From Thermodesulfobacteriota bacterium (GTDB lineage Bacteria; Desulfobacterota; Binatia; Bin18): a stretch of 64,000 nt of DNA. The notes under the pieces are model-generated. The model saw nothing but the letters and a program-made list of their open reading frames with translations. It searched no databases and was not told the origin of the DNA. The translations under genes and the position numbers were made by a program. Of the stretch, positions 9,599 through 20,256 are shown piece by piece. Every line of letters starts with the position of its first letter. Position 1 is the stretch's first letter. Location: contig OZ219926.1 in NCBI GenBank assembly GCA_964291405.2, positions 3,456,001 to 3,520,000 of the forward strand, read 5' to 3'.

Positions 9599-11431
9599 TT
9601 ACCGACTGCGTTGATAGAAAAACAGCAGCGCGGCCAGCACGGCAAGAATGCTCAGCCCGGTTTGCAGGCCGTCCGGCAGGCCAAGCTCAAGGCGGCTGAA
9701 GCCCAGGCTGGCGGCTAGTGCAATACCGACACCGGTCAGGGCCTCGCCGGCAATGGCCCCCGAGGCTAACAGCACGCCGGGCTGAGAGGCAGCGGTCTCT
9801 GAGGATGGGGGTCGCTTGCGGTGCAGGAGGGCGGACAGCAGGCCACCCAGAAAAATCGGAACGCTCAGCCCGAACGGCAGATACATACCGACCGCAACCG
9901 GCATGAGGTGGAGCCGGAAAGCTACTCCCCGTCGGGCGAGTAGCCGGTCCACCCCAACCAGCACGAGACCGATCATGGCTCCAGTCCCGACCAGATGCCA
10001 AGGCAGCTGACCGTCGCCGAAAAAACCGCGTGCCAGACTGGCAAACAGTTGCGCCTGGGGGGCGGCGAGTTCCTTGCCGCCAATGCCGCCGGGCGTGTAA
10101 TCGTGCAGCAGTTGCAGGACGGGTGCCATAATCAGCGCGGCCACGGCCACGCCGCCGATCTGCATGATTTGCTGGCGGCGGGGCGAGGCGCCGACCAACT
10201 GACCGGTCTTGAGATCGTTGCACACATCACCGGCTGTGCAGGCTGTACAGCACACTACCGCGGCCACGCCCAGGATGGCCAGCATGCCGGTCGTGCCCGT
10301 AAAGCCGAATAGGACGAGCATCAGTCCGGTAACCAGTACGGTCGTGATGGTCATGCCCGAGACCGGGCTGTTGGAGTTGCCAACCAGGCCCACGATATAA
10401 CTGGCCACTGCGGTAAAAAAGAGGGCCATGACGAACATGATCGTGGTGGCCGTCAGGGTCACATCCATCCGCCCGGTAAACAGAAAATACACACTACCGG
10501 TGAGGGCCAGGCAGCCCAGAGTCAGGGCGCCGATCCAGGTCAGCGGCATATCCTGAGACACGTCCCGAGTTCCTGTCCGGGCAGCCGGCAGCAGCGACCG
10601 GATGGCCTCACCCAAGCCGCTCCATACCTGCCCAATGGTCACCACACCACCCACGACCATGGCGCCGACCCCAATATAGCGCACCTGCTGTGACCATACC
10701 GTGTAGGCGCGTTCAACCGGATTTTCGGGGCCGGAGACGTACGCACCCAAGATGGGTAGGGTCAGCAGCCAACCCAGCCCGCCTCCCAGAAATACGAGGG
10801 CCGCGATGTTGAGCCGGACGATCATGCCCACACCCAATAGAGCAACTGACAGATCGCTACCCAGATAGACCACGCTCTTGCCCACCACCCAGGCCCCTTC
10901 GAGCGTTCCCCTGAGTACGCCGACAAAGCTCACCAGCGCCTTGAAGACAAAGCCAAACAGGGCTCCCTGGATGATCTGGCGGGCGTCCTGGTCACCAGAT
11001 TGTTGACCGGTTTTCAGTACCGCGGCACACGCCACGCCTTCGGGAAAGGGCAGGGTGTCGGCGGTGACAAACACCCGGCGCATTGGAATCATGAGCACAA
11101 TACCCAGCAGGCCACCGGCCAGGGCAACCAGCGTGGTCAACAGCATGTCAAACTCGTGCCACACACCGACCAGAACCAGGGCTGGCATAGTAAAAATAAT
11201 GCCGGCGGCCAGAGACTCGCCCGCGGACGCTGCGGTCTGGGCCTGGTTGGCTTCAAGCACCGACTGTCTGCCCAGCAGGACGCGTAAGATCAGCAGGGAG
11301 ACCACCGCGGCCGGAATGGAGGCCGACACCGTCATGCCGACCTTGAGGCCCAGATAGACGTTTGCCGCGCCCATGATCACAGCGAGGGCCAGCCCTATGG
11401 AGATGGAGTAGACCGTCAGTTCCTGCCGCAT
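9599..11431 (-). CDS. OPT-family oligopeptide transporter
   Basis: NVYLGLKVGMTVSASIPAAV, LPFPEG, SNSPVSG, DLKTGQLVGA, APQA motifs. Confidence 0.92.
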   Translation of the reverse strand: MRQELTVYSISIGLALAVIMGAANVYLGLKVGMTVSASIPAAVVSLLILRVLLGRQSVLEANQAQTAASAGESLAAGIIFTMPALVLVGVWHEFDMLLTTLVALAGGLLGIVLMIPMRRVFVTADTLPFPEGVACAAVLKTGQQSGDQDARQIIQGALFGFVFKALVSFVGVLRGTLEGAWVVGKSVVYLGSDLSVALLGVGMIVRLNIAALVFLGGGLGWLLTLPILGAYVSGPENPVERAYTVWSQQVRYIGVGAMVVGGVVTIGQVWSGLGEAIRSLLPAARTGTRDVSQDMPLTWIGALTLGCLALTGSVYFLFTGRMDVTLTATTIMFVMALFFTAVASYIVGLVGNSNSPVSGMTITTVLVTGLMLVLFGFTGTTGMLAILGVAAVVCCTACTAGDVCNDLKTGQLVGASPRRQQIMQIGGVAVAALIMAPVLQLLHDYTPGGIGGKELAAPQAQLFASLARGFFGDGQLPWHLVGTGAMIGLVLVGVDRLLARRGVAFRLHLMPVAVGMYLPFGLSVPIFLGGLLSALLHRKRPPSSETAASQPGVLLASGAIAGEALTGVGIALAASLGFSRLELGLPDGLQTGLSILAVLAALLFFYQRSR

Positions 11432-11583
11432 GAGCTGTTACTTAGCCTGTTCTGGGTGGCATCGAAAGATTAGCCACGAACAGATGCTGCCCCCTGTTAG
11501 ATGTCTTGCCAGCGCGAGGGAAAGCTTCTACAAGCATTTCCAGGGAGCACTGGCCCGTTATGGCCAGGGAGTATTGAAACCTG

Positions 11584-13638
11584 ATGTCCTATCGTCTTGG
11601 TGTTGATGTGGGCGGTACTTTTACCGACTGCCTGCTGATTGACGAAGAACGTGGCAGTGCCGTCACGGCCAAGGTACTGTCAACGCCGACCGATCCGTCT
11701 GTGGGCGTACTCAACGGGATTGTGCTGGTATGCGAACGGGCCGGGGCGGATGCTCGCGATATCGCTCATGTGCTGCACGGCACCACCGTTGCAACCAATG
11801 CGATCTTAACCGGCAGTGGGGCCCGGGTTGGCTTGGTGACAACCCAGGGCTACCGCCAGGTGTTACAGATTGCGCGCTCTTTTGTGCCCGGCGCGCTGAG
11901 CGGCTGGGTGTTGTATAATAAAAGCGAACCTCTGGCCGCGCTGGAATGTACGGTTGAGGTGTCCGAACGCATCAGTGCCACGGGCGAGGTCGTGGACCCC
12001 TTGGATGAGGCTCAAGCCCGCCAAGCGTTGCGAAGCCTGCACGCCCGGCAGATCGAATCCCTGACCATTTCTCTTATCAATGCCTATGCCAACGGTACGC
12101 ACGAACAACGCCTGCGTACGCTGGCGGCGGAAGAGTTGCCCGGCCTGCCGGTCTCCCTGTCGTCCGAAGTCATTCCGGAAATGCAGGAGTATGAGCGGAC
12201 TATTACCACGGTGGCGAATTCCTACGTCCGGCCCGTGGTCGAAACCTATGTGCGCAATATCAAGACCGAACTGGCCAAAACCATGCGGGACCCCAAGCTC
12301 CACATCCTGCGCTCGGACGGTGGGCTGGCCTCGGCCCAGGCTGCCGGGCACTATCCGGTGAATTTACTGATGAGCGGGCCCGCCGGCGGAGTCTCGGGAG
12401 CTATTTGGGTGGCCGGCCAGGCCGGATATCAGAACCTGCTGACGTTTGACATGGGTGGCACCTCGACCGACGTGGCCCTGGTTCAAGACGGCAAGGCCCA
12501 GCTCCGGCGTGAGACCACGGTCGGAGATGTGACGGTCCGGGCGTCCTCGGTTGACGTGCGCTCAGTTGGGGCGGGCGGTGGCTCGATTGCCCACGTACCG
12601 GAGCTGACCGCGGCGCTGCGGGTTGGCCCGCATAGTGCCGGCGCCGACCCCGGCCCGGCCTGCTATGGTAAAGGCGGCGATGAGCCTACCGTCACAGATG
12701 CCAATCTCGTGCTTGGCTATCTGCCTGCGGCGACCCGGCTAGGTGGAGAAATGGTGCTTGATCTCGCCGCGGCCGAGCAGGCCGTTGATACAGTCGCGCG
12801 CGGTCTGGGTATGTCGGTCAAACAGGCTGCGGCCGGCATCATCGATATTGTGAATGAAAAAATGTTCAGCGCCCTGCGGCTGATCTCGGTCCAGCAGGGT
12901 ATTGATCCGCGCGACTACGCGCTGACTGCCTTTGGCGGGGCGGGTCCTTTGCACGCCAACGCCCTGGCCAGGCTGCTCGGTGCCTGGCCGGTGATTATTC
13001 CCAGAGGGCCGGGTGTGCTGTGTGCCTATGGGGACGCCACAACACGCTTGCGGAACGAAACCTCTCGTACCCTGTTGCGCCCGTTCTCGCAGCTTGAGAC
13101 GGCCGATGTGATTACGGTATGCGACGAACTCGCCCAGGCTGCGGCCCGCGCCCTTGACGCCGAAAACGTGCCGCGCGCAGACCAGATGACCAGCTTTGAG
13201 ATCGATCTCCGTTACCACGGTCAGGGCACGCTGCTTACCCTGGAGCTGGAGCGGCAGGAATTACAGCATGGGGGTTTGGCGGCAGTTGGGGAGCGATTTG
13301 ATCGCCTGCACGAGCAGTTGTACACCTTTGCGCTCGACTCCGACCGTGAACTGGTCAATATCCGGGCCGTTGTGCAGGGTACGGCCACTACGGTGACGCC
13401 CTATCGCGCCGAGCCGGGAGACGGTAACCCGGCCCGCGCGGCAATGGGGGAACAGCCGGTGTTTCTCGACAATACGGACCGGCCGGCCGTGATCTATGAC
13501 CGGACGCGGTTGTGTGCCCAAGACGTCATCAGCGGTCCAGCTATTGTCATGGAAATGGACTCGACCAGCTTGATTCTGTCCGACCATATCGGTCGGGTCG
13601 ATACGTATGGTAATATTCTGATCACCCCGGAGGCCTGA
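11584..13638 (+). CDS. Hydantoinase/oxoprolinase A subunit (ATP-dependent)
   Basis: GVDVGGTFTD, HGTTVATNA, SGPAGG, DMGGTSTDV, GAGGGSIA. Confidence 0.93.
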   Translation: MSYRLGVDVGGTFTDCLLIDEERGSAVTAKVLSTPTDPSVGVLNGIVLVCERAGADARDIAHVLHGTTVATNAILTGSGARVGLVTTQGYRQVLQIARSFVPGALSGWVLYNKSEPLAALECTVEVSERISATGEVVDPLDEAQARQALRSLHARQIESLTISLINAYANGTHEQRLRTLAAEELPGLPVSLSSEVIPEMQEYERTITTVANSYVRPVVETYVRNIKTELAKTMRDPKLHILRSDGGLASAQAAGHYPVNLLMSGPAGGVSGAIWVAGQAGYQNLLTFDMGGTSTDVALVQDGKAQLRRETTVGDVTVRASSVDVRSVGAGGGSIAHVPELTAALRVGPHSAGADPGPACYGKGGDEPTVTDANLVLGYLPAATRLGGEMVLDLAAAEQAVDTVARGLGMSVKQAAAGIIDIVNEKMFSALRLISVQQGIDPRDYALTAFGGAGPLHANALARLLGAWPVIIPRGPGVLCAYGDATTRLRNETSRTLLRPFSQLETADVITVCDELAQAAARALDAENVPRADQMTSFEIDLRYHGQGTLLTLELERQELQHGGLAAVGERFDRLHEQLYTFALDSDRELVNIRAVVQGTATTVTPYRAEPGDGNPARAAMGEQPVFLDNTDRPAVIYDRTRLCAQDVISGPAIVMEMDSTSLILSDHIGRVDTYGNILITPEA

Positions 13639-13676
13639 ATGTCGGAGGGGATAAGCCCAAAGAAGGAGCAGCGACT

Positions 13677-15668
13677 ATGCCGGCCACGATTATTGAGACC
13701 CATCCGCAAGCGCATACTCCCCTCCCTCGCGTTCCGGTCGATCCGATTACGCTTGATCTGATTGAAAACGGCCTAGTGGCCGCACGGGAACAGATGGACG
13801 CCCTGCTGTTCCGGACTGCCATGTCGCCGATCATCCGCGACCAGCGCGACGGCTTTCCGGTCATTACCAGCCGGGACGGCAAACTGTTAGCCGGACAGTT
13901 TGGCTCGCCCGTACACGGTTTTACCGAGCGGTATGACGGAACGATTGAAGAGGGCGATATCTTCCTGACCTCAGACCCCTATGAATGTGACGGTGCTATC
14001 AGCCACGCCAATGACTGGTTGGTCTGCATGCCCGTGTTCAAGGACGGCCGGCTGATCAACTGGTCCGCCATGTTCGGGCATATGGCCGATATTGGTGGCA
14101 AGGTGCCGGGTAGCATACCGATCGATTCCGAACAGATCTTTGAGGAGGGGATTTGTATTCCGCCGGTCAAAATTTTCAGCAAAGGAGTCCTCCAGGAAGA
14201 AATCCTGCGTGTCATCCTGCATAACTGCCGCATTCCCGAGTGGAACCGGGGTGATTTTCATTCCATTGTGGCAGCCTGTCGGATGGCTGCCAGCCGCTGT
14301 GTTGAAATGGCCGAGCGGTTCGGCGAAGCGGTCTATGTCTCCGCCCTGCACGATCTCCTCGACCGCAACCGGCGCGCCATGCAGAAGCTCATCAGCGAGA
14401 CCATTACCGAAGAGAAGCGCCACTTTGAGGACTATATCTGTGATGACGGCATGGGTATGGGACCGTACAAAATTGCCTGTAGCCTGTGGCGTGAGGGCGA
14501 GCGGATCGTTTTTGACTTTAGCGACACCGACCCGCAGTCGGTCGGCGCGATCAATTTTCTCCTGAGCGAGCAGATGTTCCGGATGTTCTGCGGCCAGTTC
14601 ATGATCAATTTCTTCGATCCCCAGATTCTTCTTAACGACGGATTTTTTGACTTGGTGGATGTCCGTATTCCCGAAGGCTGTTTGCTCAAGCCGCTCAAGC
14701 CTGCGGCCCTGTCGAGTCGCACCCACGCCCTGGCCCGCATCTTTGACGTGCTGAGCGGTCTGCTAGGCCAGTCCAACCCTGACTATATGTGCGCGGCCGG
14801 ATTCTCAGACAGCCCGCATTTGATGTACTCGGGTTACGACCAGGATGGGGACTGGTTTCTGCTCTTCCAAATCGGTTTTGGCGGTATTCCCGGCAAGCCA
14901 GGCGGCGACGGGCCGGACGGCCACTCCTTATGGCCAAAATTCATGAACGTCCCGAACGAATTTATTGAAAGCTATTTCCCGGTGCGGATTGAATGTTATG
15001 AGACCATACCGGATAGCGGCGGTCCAGGGCTGCATCGGGGTGGCAATGCCATGAATGTGGGCTATCGGTTCCTGGCCCCCGGTGTGCTTTCTCTACACGA
15101 CGATCGCTGGTTGACCTATCCCTGGGGGGTGCGGGGCGGCCTGCCGGGCGGTCGAAGTACGAAAATCATCGAACGCACGGACGGCCGGCGTGAGCTGTTG
15201 CCGTCCAAATGTGACCGGGTGCGGGTCGAGGTCGGAGACAAGCTGCTGTTCAAGACCTGGGGCGGCGGCGGCTGGGGTAATCCGCTGGAGCGCCCAGCCC
15301 ATAAAGTCGCGGCCGATGTGGACCGGGGGCTGGTGACGCGGGAAGGGGCCAAACGCTACGGGGTGGTCCTGCGGGACGACCTGAGTGTGGATGAGCCGGC
15401 CACAACCGCGCTGCGCGCCGAGCTGGCACGGCAACGCGGTCCAGCCGAGTTGTTCGATTTCGGTGGCAATATTGCCGAACTGAAAGCGCGCTGCAAAGCG
15501 GAGACCGGTTTCGACCCCCCTCAGCCGCCAACCTTTGCCGCTTGGGTCCGGGCGCGGCAGGGGAAGACCCAAGTTGTGAGTCACGTCAACGGCGGACAAC
15601 CCGTCTCCGCATCAACGGAAGCGGAATATACGGGCGAGATTCCCTTGCCGGAGCCACGAGCGAAGTAG
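13677..15668 (+). CDS. Hydantoinase B/oxoprolinase subunit
   Basis: RTAMSPIIRD, SDPY..HAND, HMADIGG, DSGGPGLHRGG, GGGGWGNP. Confidence 0.92.
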   Translation: MPATIIETHPQAHTPLPRVPVDPITLDLIENGLVAAREQMDALLFRTAMSPIIRDQRDGFPVITSRDGKLLAGQFGSPVHGFTERYDGTIEEGDIFLTSDPYECDGAISHANDWLVCMPVFKDGRLINWSAMFGHMADIGGKVPGSIPIDSEQIFEEGICIPPVKIFSKGVLQEEILRVILHNCRIPEWNRGDFHSIVAACRMAASRCVEMAERFGEAVYVSALHDLLDRNRRAMQKLISETITEEKRHFEDYICDDGMGMGPYKIACSLWREGERIVFDFSDTDPQSVGAINFLLSEQMFRMFCGQFMINFFDPQILLNDGFFDLVDVRIPEGCLLKPLKPAALSSRTHALARIFDVLSGLLGQSNPDYMCAAGFSDSPHLMYSGYDQDGDWFLLFQIGFGGIPGKPGGDGPDGHSLWPKFMNVPNEFIESYFPVRIECYETIPDSGGPGLHRGGNAMNVGYRFLAPGVLSLHDDRWLTYPWGVRGGLPGGRSTKIIERTDGRRELLPSKCDRVRVEVGDKLLFKTWGGGGWGNPLERPAHKVAADVDRGLVTREGAKRYGVVLRDDLSVDEPATTALRAELARQRGPAELFDFGGNIAELKARCKAETGFDPPQPPTFAAWVRARQGKTQVVSHVNGGQPVSASTEAEYTGEIPLPEPRAK

Positions 15669-15683
15669 CGAGATGGTCCCTTC

Positions 15684-15758
15684 CGTCATTCCGGCGAAAG
15701 CCGGAACCCAGGTCTCGACTTCAGCCTCTGGATGTCGGATCACGCCCGGGGCATGACG
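15684..15758. repeat. Degenerate GTCATTCCGGCGAAAGCCGGAA-type palindromic REP-like element between convergent genes
   Basis: CGTCATTCCGGCGAAAGCCGGAACCCAG...CTGGATGTCGG...GCATGACG, with terminal inverted CGTCAT/ATGACG. Confidence 0.6.
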
Positions 15759-15784
15759 AGAGCGGAACGGCACGCCTACAACCG

Positions 15785-16663
15785 TCACTCATGCACATAT
15801 GAAGGCTGGTTGAGATTCCAGTCGTACTCGTAGTCCACTGACCCGGCAAAGTCCTTGAGACGGGCCGCGAGTCCTGCCTCGGCGTACTGGATGAGGTGGG
15901 CCAGCACGGACGTTTGGTTACCGCCGAAGTCCTCCACATACCAGTCATAGATGCTCGAAATCACCAGGAAGTCGTCGTCCACGAAATCCACTCCGCGCGG
16001 ATGATTGACATAGGCGCGCGCACCAGCGTCAAGCAGTTCCTCGGTGTTGGCCGCGGTAAAGACCGTTGGCGACTGATTCGGGCAGCCGTAGCTGGCACAG
16101 TTCACGGCGTAGTGGATCCGGTTGTCGCGCCAGATGGGCCGCAGGATGCCGTGTTCGATATTGTTGAGCGTCAACTCCTGGCCGGCGACCTGAGCGTGGA
16201 CGTCGTCCCAGGGGCCGGATAAGGGGATCCAACTCTCGTGGATGCCGCGGATGGAATCCACGGGATAGGCGTTGACGACGACCTGCACGGTGAGCGCGTT
16301 ATAGAAGTTGATCCAGTAGGCTTTCTGTTCGGCCCTGGCATAGGCTCGCGGATCGTGGGCCTGCAAATGCGCCAGGTAACCGGCCAGCTTGGCCCTATCC
16401 TCGTCGCTGGCCTTGAGCGCGGCATAGTCGAAGCGGTTGACGCCCGACGGGTGAGAACTGAGGTAGGTGGTCAGGAGATTCTGCCAGGCGCTGTGATCGA
16501 TGGTTGCGGTATTGGTCTCGTCGCTCGTGTCCCAGACCTCGAGCAGGGCCGATGAAGGTGCGGCCAGGACGAAGCTGGGAACGACGAGTAGGGCCGTTAC
16601 GACCAGACCCAGTACCAGCCGACCGTGATAGATCGCCCGTTCAGTGGGGTGGAGCTGCTTCAT
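15785..16663 (-). CDS. DUF547 domain-containing exported protein
   Basis: AYWINFYNALT, LTLNNIEHGILR, IHYAVNCASYGCP, YDWNLN. Confidence 0.9.
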   Translation of the reverse strand: MKQLHPTERAIYHGRLVLGLVVTALLVVPSFVLAAPSSALLEVWDTSDETNTATIDHSAWQNLLTTYLSSHPSGVNRFDYAALKASDEDRAKLAGYLAHLQAHDPRAYARAEQKAYWINFYNALTVQVVVNAYPVDSIRGIHESWIPLSGPWDDVHAQVAGQELTLNNIEHGILRPIWRDNRIHYAVNCASYGCPNQSPTVFTAANTEELLDAGARAYVNHPRGVDFVDDDFLVISSIYDWYVEDFGGNQTSVLAHLIQYAEAGLAARLKDFAGSVDYEYDWNLNQPSYVHE

Positions 16664-17005
16664 AGTTAGTTCTCTCCTCAACACTCATGTACTATCTGAT
16701 TCTTTGCAGAACGAAAGGCCCGTGACCAGGGCCGGTGGGCTGACTGTGCGCCTGTATCCTACGCATCCGCCAATACTGACAAGGGGGGCTTGCACTCTCT
16801 CTCAGATTCGCATTATATTGCGCAATTATTAAATTATACAGTCTGTATGCATGGAAAATAGTCAAATAGAGCCTTGTACTCATTTCCAGTCCACATTATG
16901 GTCGTCAACAGGATTCTTCATTATCCCCCATCCTTCGATTCTCCGAAGCCTATCCTGCCCCTCAGGTCTATAGAAACGCACAACACTTTTATAGGAGGAA
17001 ACCAT

Positions 17006-17374
17006 ATGAAAGCGGTAATCGGTATAGTGGCCCTCGTTGTTCTCGGAGCCCTGTGGCAGGTGTCCGCGTCCGCATCGGGCTCCATTTCGATAGGCGGCGG
17101 CATAAGCCCCCGAGACGCGTACACGCAGGGCAAGAAGCTCACCTTCAAGAAGCTTGTATGCTCCTCCTGCCCAATCCAGCGGGGCGAGCTGGACCAAACT
17201 CGGGCTCAGAGCCTGAAGAACAGCCTTGAGGCGCGCGATGCGGAAACCAAGCCGGGCACGCCGGACGACGAACATATCCAGTTGCTGTGTCCGGGCAGCC
17301 AGGGGACTGATTGCGGTAGTGTGGACGAACAGGAACTCGTCCATTATTACCTGACCCGCCGCTACAAGCTGTAA
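17006..17374 (+). CDS. Small exported protein with CxxCP motif, possible cytochrome-c-like fold
   Basis: AGGAGG SD, signal peptide MKAVIGIVALVVLGALWQVSASA, YTQGKKLTFKKLVCSSCP, EQELVHYYL. Confidence 0.7.
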   Translation: MKAVIGIVALVVLGALWQVSASASGSISIGGGISPRDAYTQGKKLTFKKLVCSSCPIQRGELDQTRAQSLKNSLEARDAETKPGTPDDEHIQLLCPGSQGTDCGSVDEQELVHYYLTRRYKL

Positions 17375-17441
17375 CTGTTTGATCCTGCGGTCACGCCACG
17401 CGCCTTAGCCGTCTTACCGACGAAGTAGAGAGGTCTATATT

Positions 17442-18344
17442 ATGCGACTAGCCTGTATTCCGGCCTTTGTTATAGCAACTTTGGCCATTTTTCTTTTTAC
17501 TGCTGCACCAGCACGCGCGGGTTCGCCCTGGCTCCCCGCACCAGGGGCCGGAGACGTCAACCTGTCTTACACCTACCAGACTGCGGACGAATTTTATCGC
17601 AACACCACAAAAGTCCCGACACCAGGAAACGTCGGAGAAGATCTCGTACAGCACACGACGTATGTAGAAGCGCGCTACGGATTGTTGGATAACCTCGCCC
17701 TAGACGGTCGTATCGGCTATGCGCAAGGCCACTATAGCTTCGACCCTTCCCGCGGCGCAGGCGCGATCAGTGAGAAGAGTCCTGACGGTTTGGCCGATGT
17801 GAACCTGGGCATCACCTATCGTCTCCTTGACGAGACGATCACCGAGAGCCCACTACTACCCACTCTCGCCATACGTTTCGGCGGGATCATCGCCGGAGAC
17901 TACGAGAGCGGCGACATCAATTCGATTGGTGATGGCGGTGACGGGTTTGAGGTCTCAGGCATGGCAGGTAAGTTTATCGGCGATATGTTCGTTCTGTCCT
18001 CGGAGTTCGGATACCGTAACCGCACCAACGATATACCGGACAATCTCTTTTTGAACCTGTCCGGTGGGATCATCCTTTTCAACCGCGTAAGCCTGAACAT
18101 CAGCTACTATCGCGTTGACACCCCGTGGTCCAGCTTCGACATTGGCGACCCCGGCTTCTCTCCGATCGGAAATGTTTTTCCCGAACTGAAAGAGGAGATG
18201 GAACTCATCGGTGGCGGATTCAATGTTGCGGTCACGGACAGCATTAACCTCGGGTTTCAGTATGCGTCGGTCATCGAGGGCCGGAATACCGCGGCGTCCG
18301 ATGTTTTCAGTGTATCGCTCGGCTACTCGTTTGACGCCTATTGA
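17442..18344 (+). CDS. Outer-membrane beta-barrel protein (putative transporter)
   Basis: Signal peptide, alternating beta-strand pattern, C-terminal VSLGYSF. Confidence 0.7.
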   Translation: MRLACIPAFVIATLAIFLFTAAPARAGSPWLPAPGAGDVNLSYTYQTADEFYRNTTKVPTPGNVGEDLVQHTTYVEARYGLLDNLALDGRIGYAQGHYSFDPSRGAGAISEKSPDGLADVNLGITYRLLDETITESPLLPTLAIRFGGIIAGDYESGDINSIGDGGDGFEVSGMAGKFIGDMFVLSSEFGYRNRTNDIPDNLFLNLSGGIILFNRVSLNISYYRVDTPWSSFDIGDPGFSPIGNVFPELKEEMELIGGGFNVAVTDSINLGFQYASVIEGRNTAASDVFSVSLGYSFDAY

Positions 18345-18418
18345 TCCTTCCTATTCCACCTGATGAGCTTGCTTGAGGCCTGCTGCAAGACGTGACGGAA
18401 GGGAAGTCATGGGATACG

Positions 18419-18943
18419 ATGACTGAAATACGGCTTCCCCATAATTCTCATTCGGTGGACCACCGCTTCGGCGTCTCTTTGGAGCATCTGACCCGGACGG
18501 TCGCGATGGCAGGCGGCCTGCTACTGATCGGGGTCATGGCGATGACCGTGATCAGTGTTCTCGGACGCTATCTCTTCAATGCGCCGATCCCAGGCGATTA
18601 CGAGATGACCGAGCTTGCCTGTGGGATCGCCGTGTTTGCCTTCTTCCCCTATGGCCACCTGAAGAACGCCAACATCGTTGTTGAGTTCTTCACCGCTCGA
18701 CTGCATCCGCGTCTCAAGACGGCGTTGGACACGGTGCACAGTTTCGCCTTTACGGTGGTCTCAGGTCTCGTCGCTTGGCGCCTCTTCGTCGGTGGAATGC
18801 ACAAACTGAGGGATGGCGAGACCACACTGTTTCTCGCCATCCCGATCCATTGGGGTTACTTCCTGGCGCTACTGGGAGCAGGATTGTTGACCGCGGTCTG
18901 CGTCTGGGTGTTCTCCCGTCATCTGCACGCACTCAGGCAATGA
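18419..18943 (+). CDS. dctQ: TRAP transporter small permease
   Basis: SVLGRYLFNAPIPGDYEMTE; four TM segments; overlaps dctM start (ATGA). Confidence 0.88.
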   Translation: MTEIRLPHNSHSVDHRFGVSLEHLTRTVAMAGGLLLIGVMAMTVISVLGRYLFNAPIPGDYEMTELACGIAVFAFFPYGHLKNANIVVEFFTARLHPRLKTALDTVHSFAFTVVSGLVAWRLFVGGMHKLRDGETTLFLAIPIHWGYFLALLGAGLLTAVCVWVFSRHLHALRQ

Positions 18944-20256
18944 CCAATATCGAGTTCGGCGGGCTCTTGTTCGGCATCTGCGTGGTGTTGATCGCTTTCC
19001 GGATGCCCGTTGGGGTCGCAATGTTCGTGGTCGGCGGTTTCGGCTTCGCCTCGTTGGCGGGATGGTCGGCGTTTCTCAACCTCCTCAACACTGCCCCGTT
19101 CAGTCGGGTGTCGAGCTATACCCTTTCGGTGCTGCCGCTATTCCTGCTGATGGGTCAGTTTGCGACCCGGGCGGGGCTCACCCGCTCGCTGTTCACAGCA
19201 GCTCGCGCGTGGGTGGGACACTATCGCGGCGGGCTCGCCATCTCGACTATCTGTGGATGTGCGGCGTTCGGGGCTGTCTGTGGCTCGTCGATCGCGACCG
19301 GAGCGACGATGGCCTCGGTGGCGCTGCCCGAGATGAAACGCTCCGGCTATTCCGGGGCGCTGGCTACCGGTACGCTGGCCGGCGGCGGTACGCTCGGTAT
19401 TCTGATCCCTCCTTCGATCATCCTGGTGATCTACGCGATCATTACCGAACAGTCGGTCGGCAAGCTGTTTCTCGCCGCGCTCATCCCCGGTCTCATCACG
19501 GTGCTTGGTTATTCGATCGCGATCAGCCTGTATGTCCGGCTCAAGCCCGAATCGGCCCCGGTCGCGCCGGCCGTGCCGTTCAGTGAACGCGTGCGCAGCC
19601 TGGGCGCGGTGCTGCCGGTCGCGGCGATCTTTCTGCTGGTCATCGGCGGCATCTATCTCGGCGTGTTCACCCCGACCGAGGGCGCTGCCATCGGGGCTGC
19701 GGCCACCGCCTTGGTCGCCGTTGCCTCTGGCCGGATGAGTTGGGCGAGCCTTGTATCGAGTCTGCTCGATACCGCGCAAGCCACCGCGATGGTCTTCATT
19801 ATTTTAATTGGTGCCGATATCTACAGCGCCTTTCTCGCGCTGTCCCAGATTCCGGTCGAACTGGCGGACGCGCTCACGACATCGGGACTGGCGCCAATGC
19901 CGATCCTGATCGGTATTTTGGTCGTCTATTTGCTCCTCGGCTGCGTGATGGACAGCATGGCCATGATCCTTCTCACAGTGCCGGTATTCTTCCCGCTGGT
20001 CACCGGGCTTGATTTCGGCTTCACCGAGGAGGAGATGGCGCTCTGGTTCGGAATTCTGACGCTGATCGTCGTCGAGATCGGGCTGATCACCCCGCCGATC
20101 GGCCTCAACGTCTACATTATCAATTCGCTGGCCGAGGGCGTCCGACTTGGCGAATCGTTCCGGGGCATCGTCCCGTTCCTGCTGAGCGACTTTGTCCGAG
20201 TCGCGATCATTCTGGCCCTGCCCGCAACCTGCCTCTGGCTCCCGGGGTTGCTCTAG
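18940..20256 (+). CDS. dctM: TRAP transporter large permease
   Basis: LPLFLLMG, GTLGILIPPS, GVFTPTEG, GLITPPIGLNV. Confidence 0.93.
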   Translation: MTNIEFGGLLFGICVVLIAFRMPVGVAMFVVGGFGFASLAGWSAFLNLLNTAPFSRVSSYTLSVLPLFLLMGQFATRAGLTRSLFTAARAWVGHYRGGLAISTICGCAAFGAVCGSSIATGATMASVALPEMKRSGYSGALATGTLAGGGTLGILIPPSIILVIYAIITEQSVGKLFLAALIPGLITVLGYSIAISLYVRLKPESAPVAPAVPFSERVRSLGAVLPVAAIFLLVIGGIYLGVFTPTEGAAIGAAATALVAVASGRMSWASLVSSLLDTAQATAMVFIILIGADIYSAFLALSQIPVELADALTTSGLAPMPILIGILVVYLLLGCVMDSMAMILLTVPVFFPLVTGLDFGFTEEEMALWFGILTLIVVEIGLITPPIGLNVYIINSLAEGVRLGESFRGIVPFLLSDFVRVAIILALPATCLWLPGLL

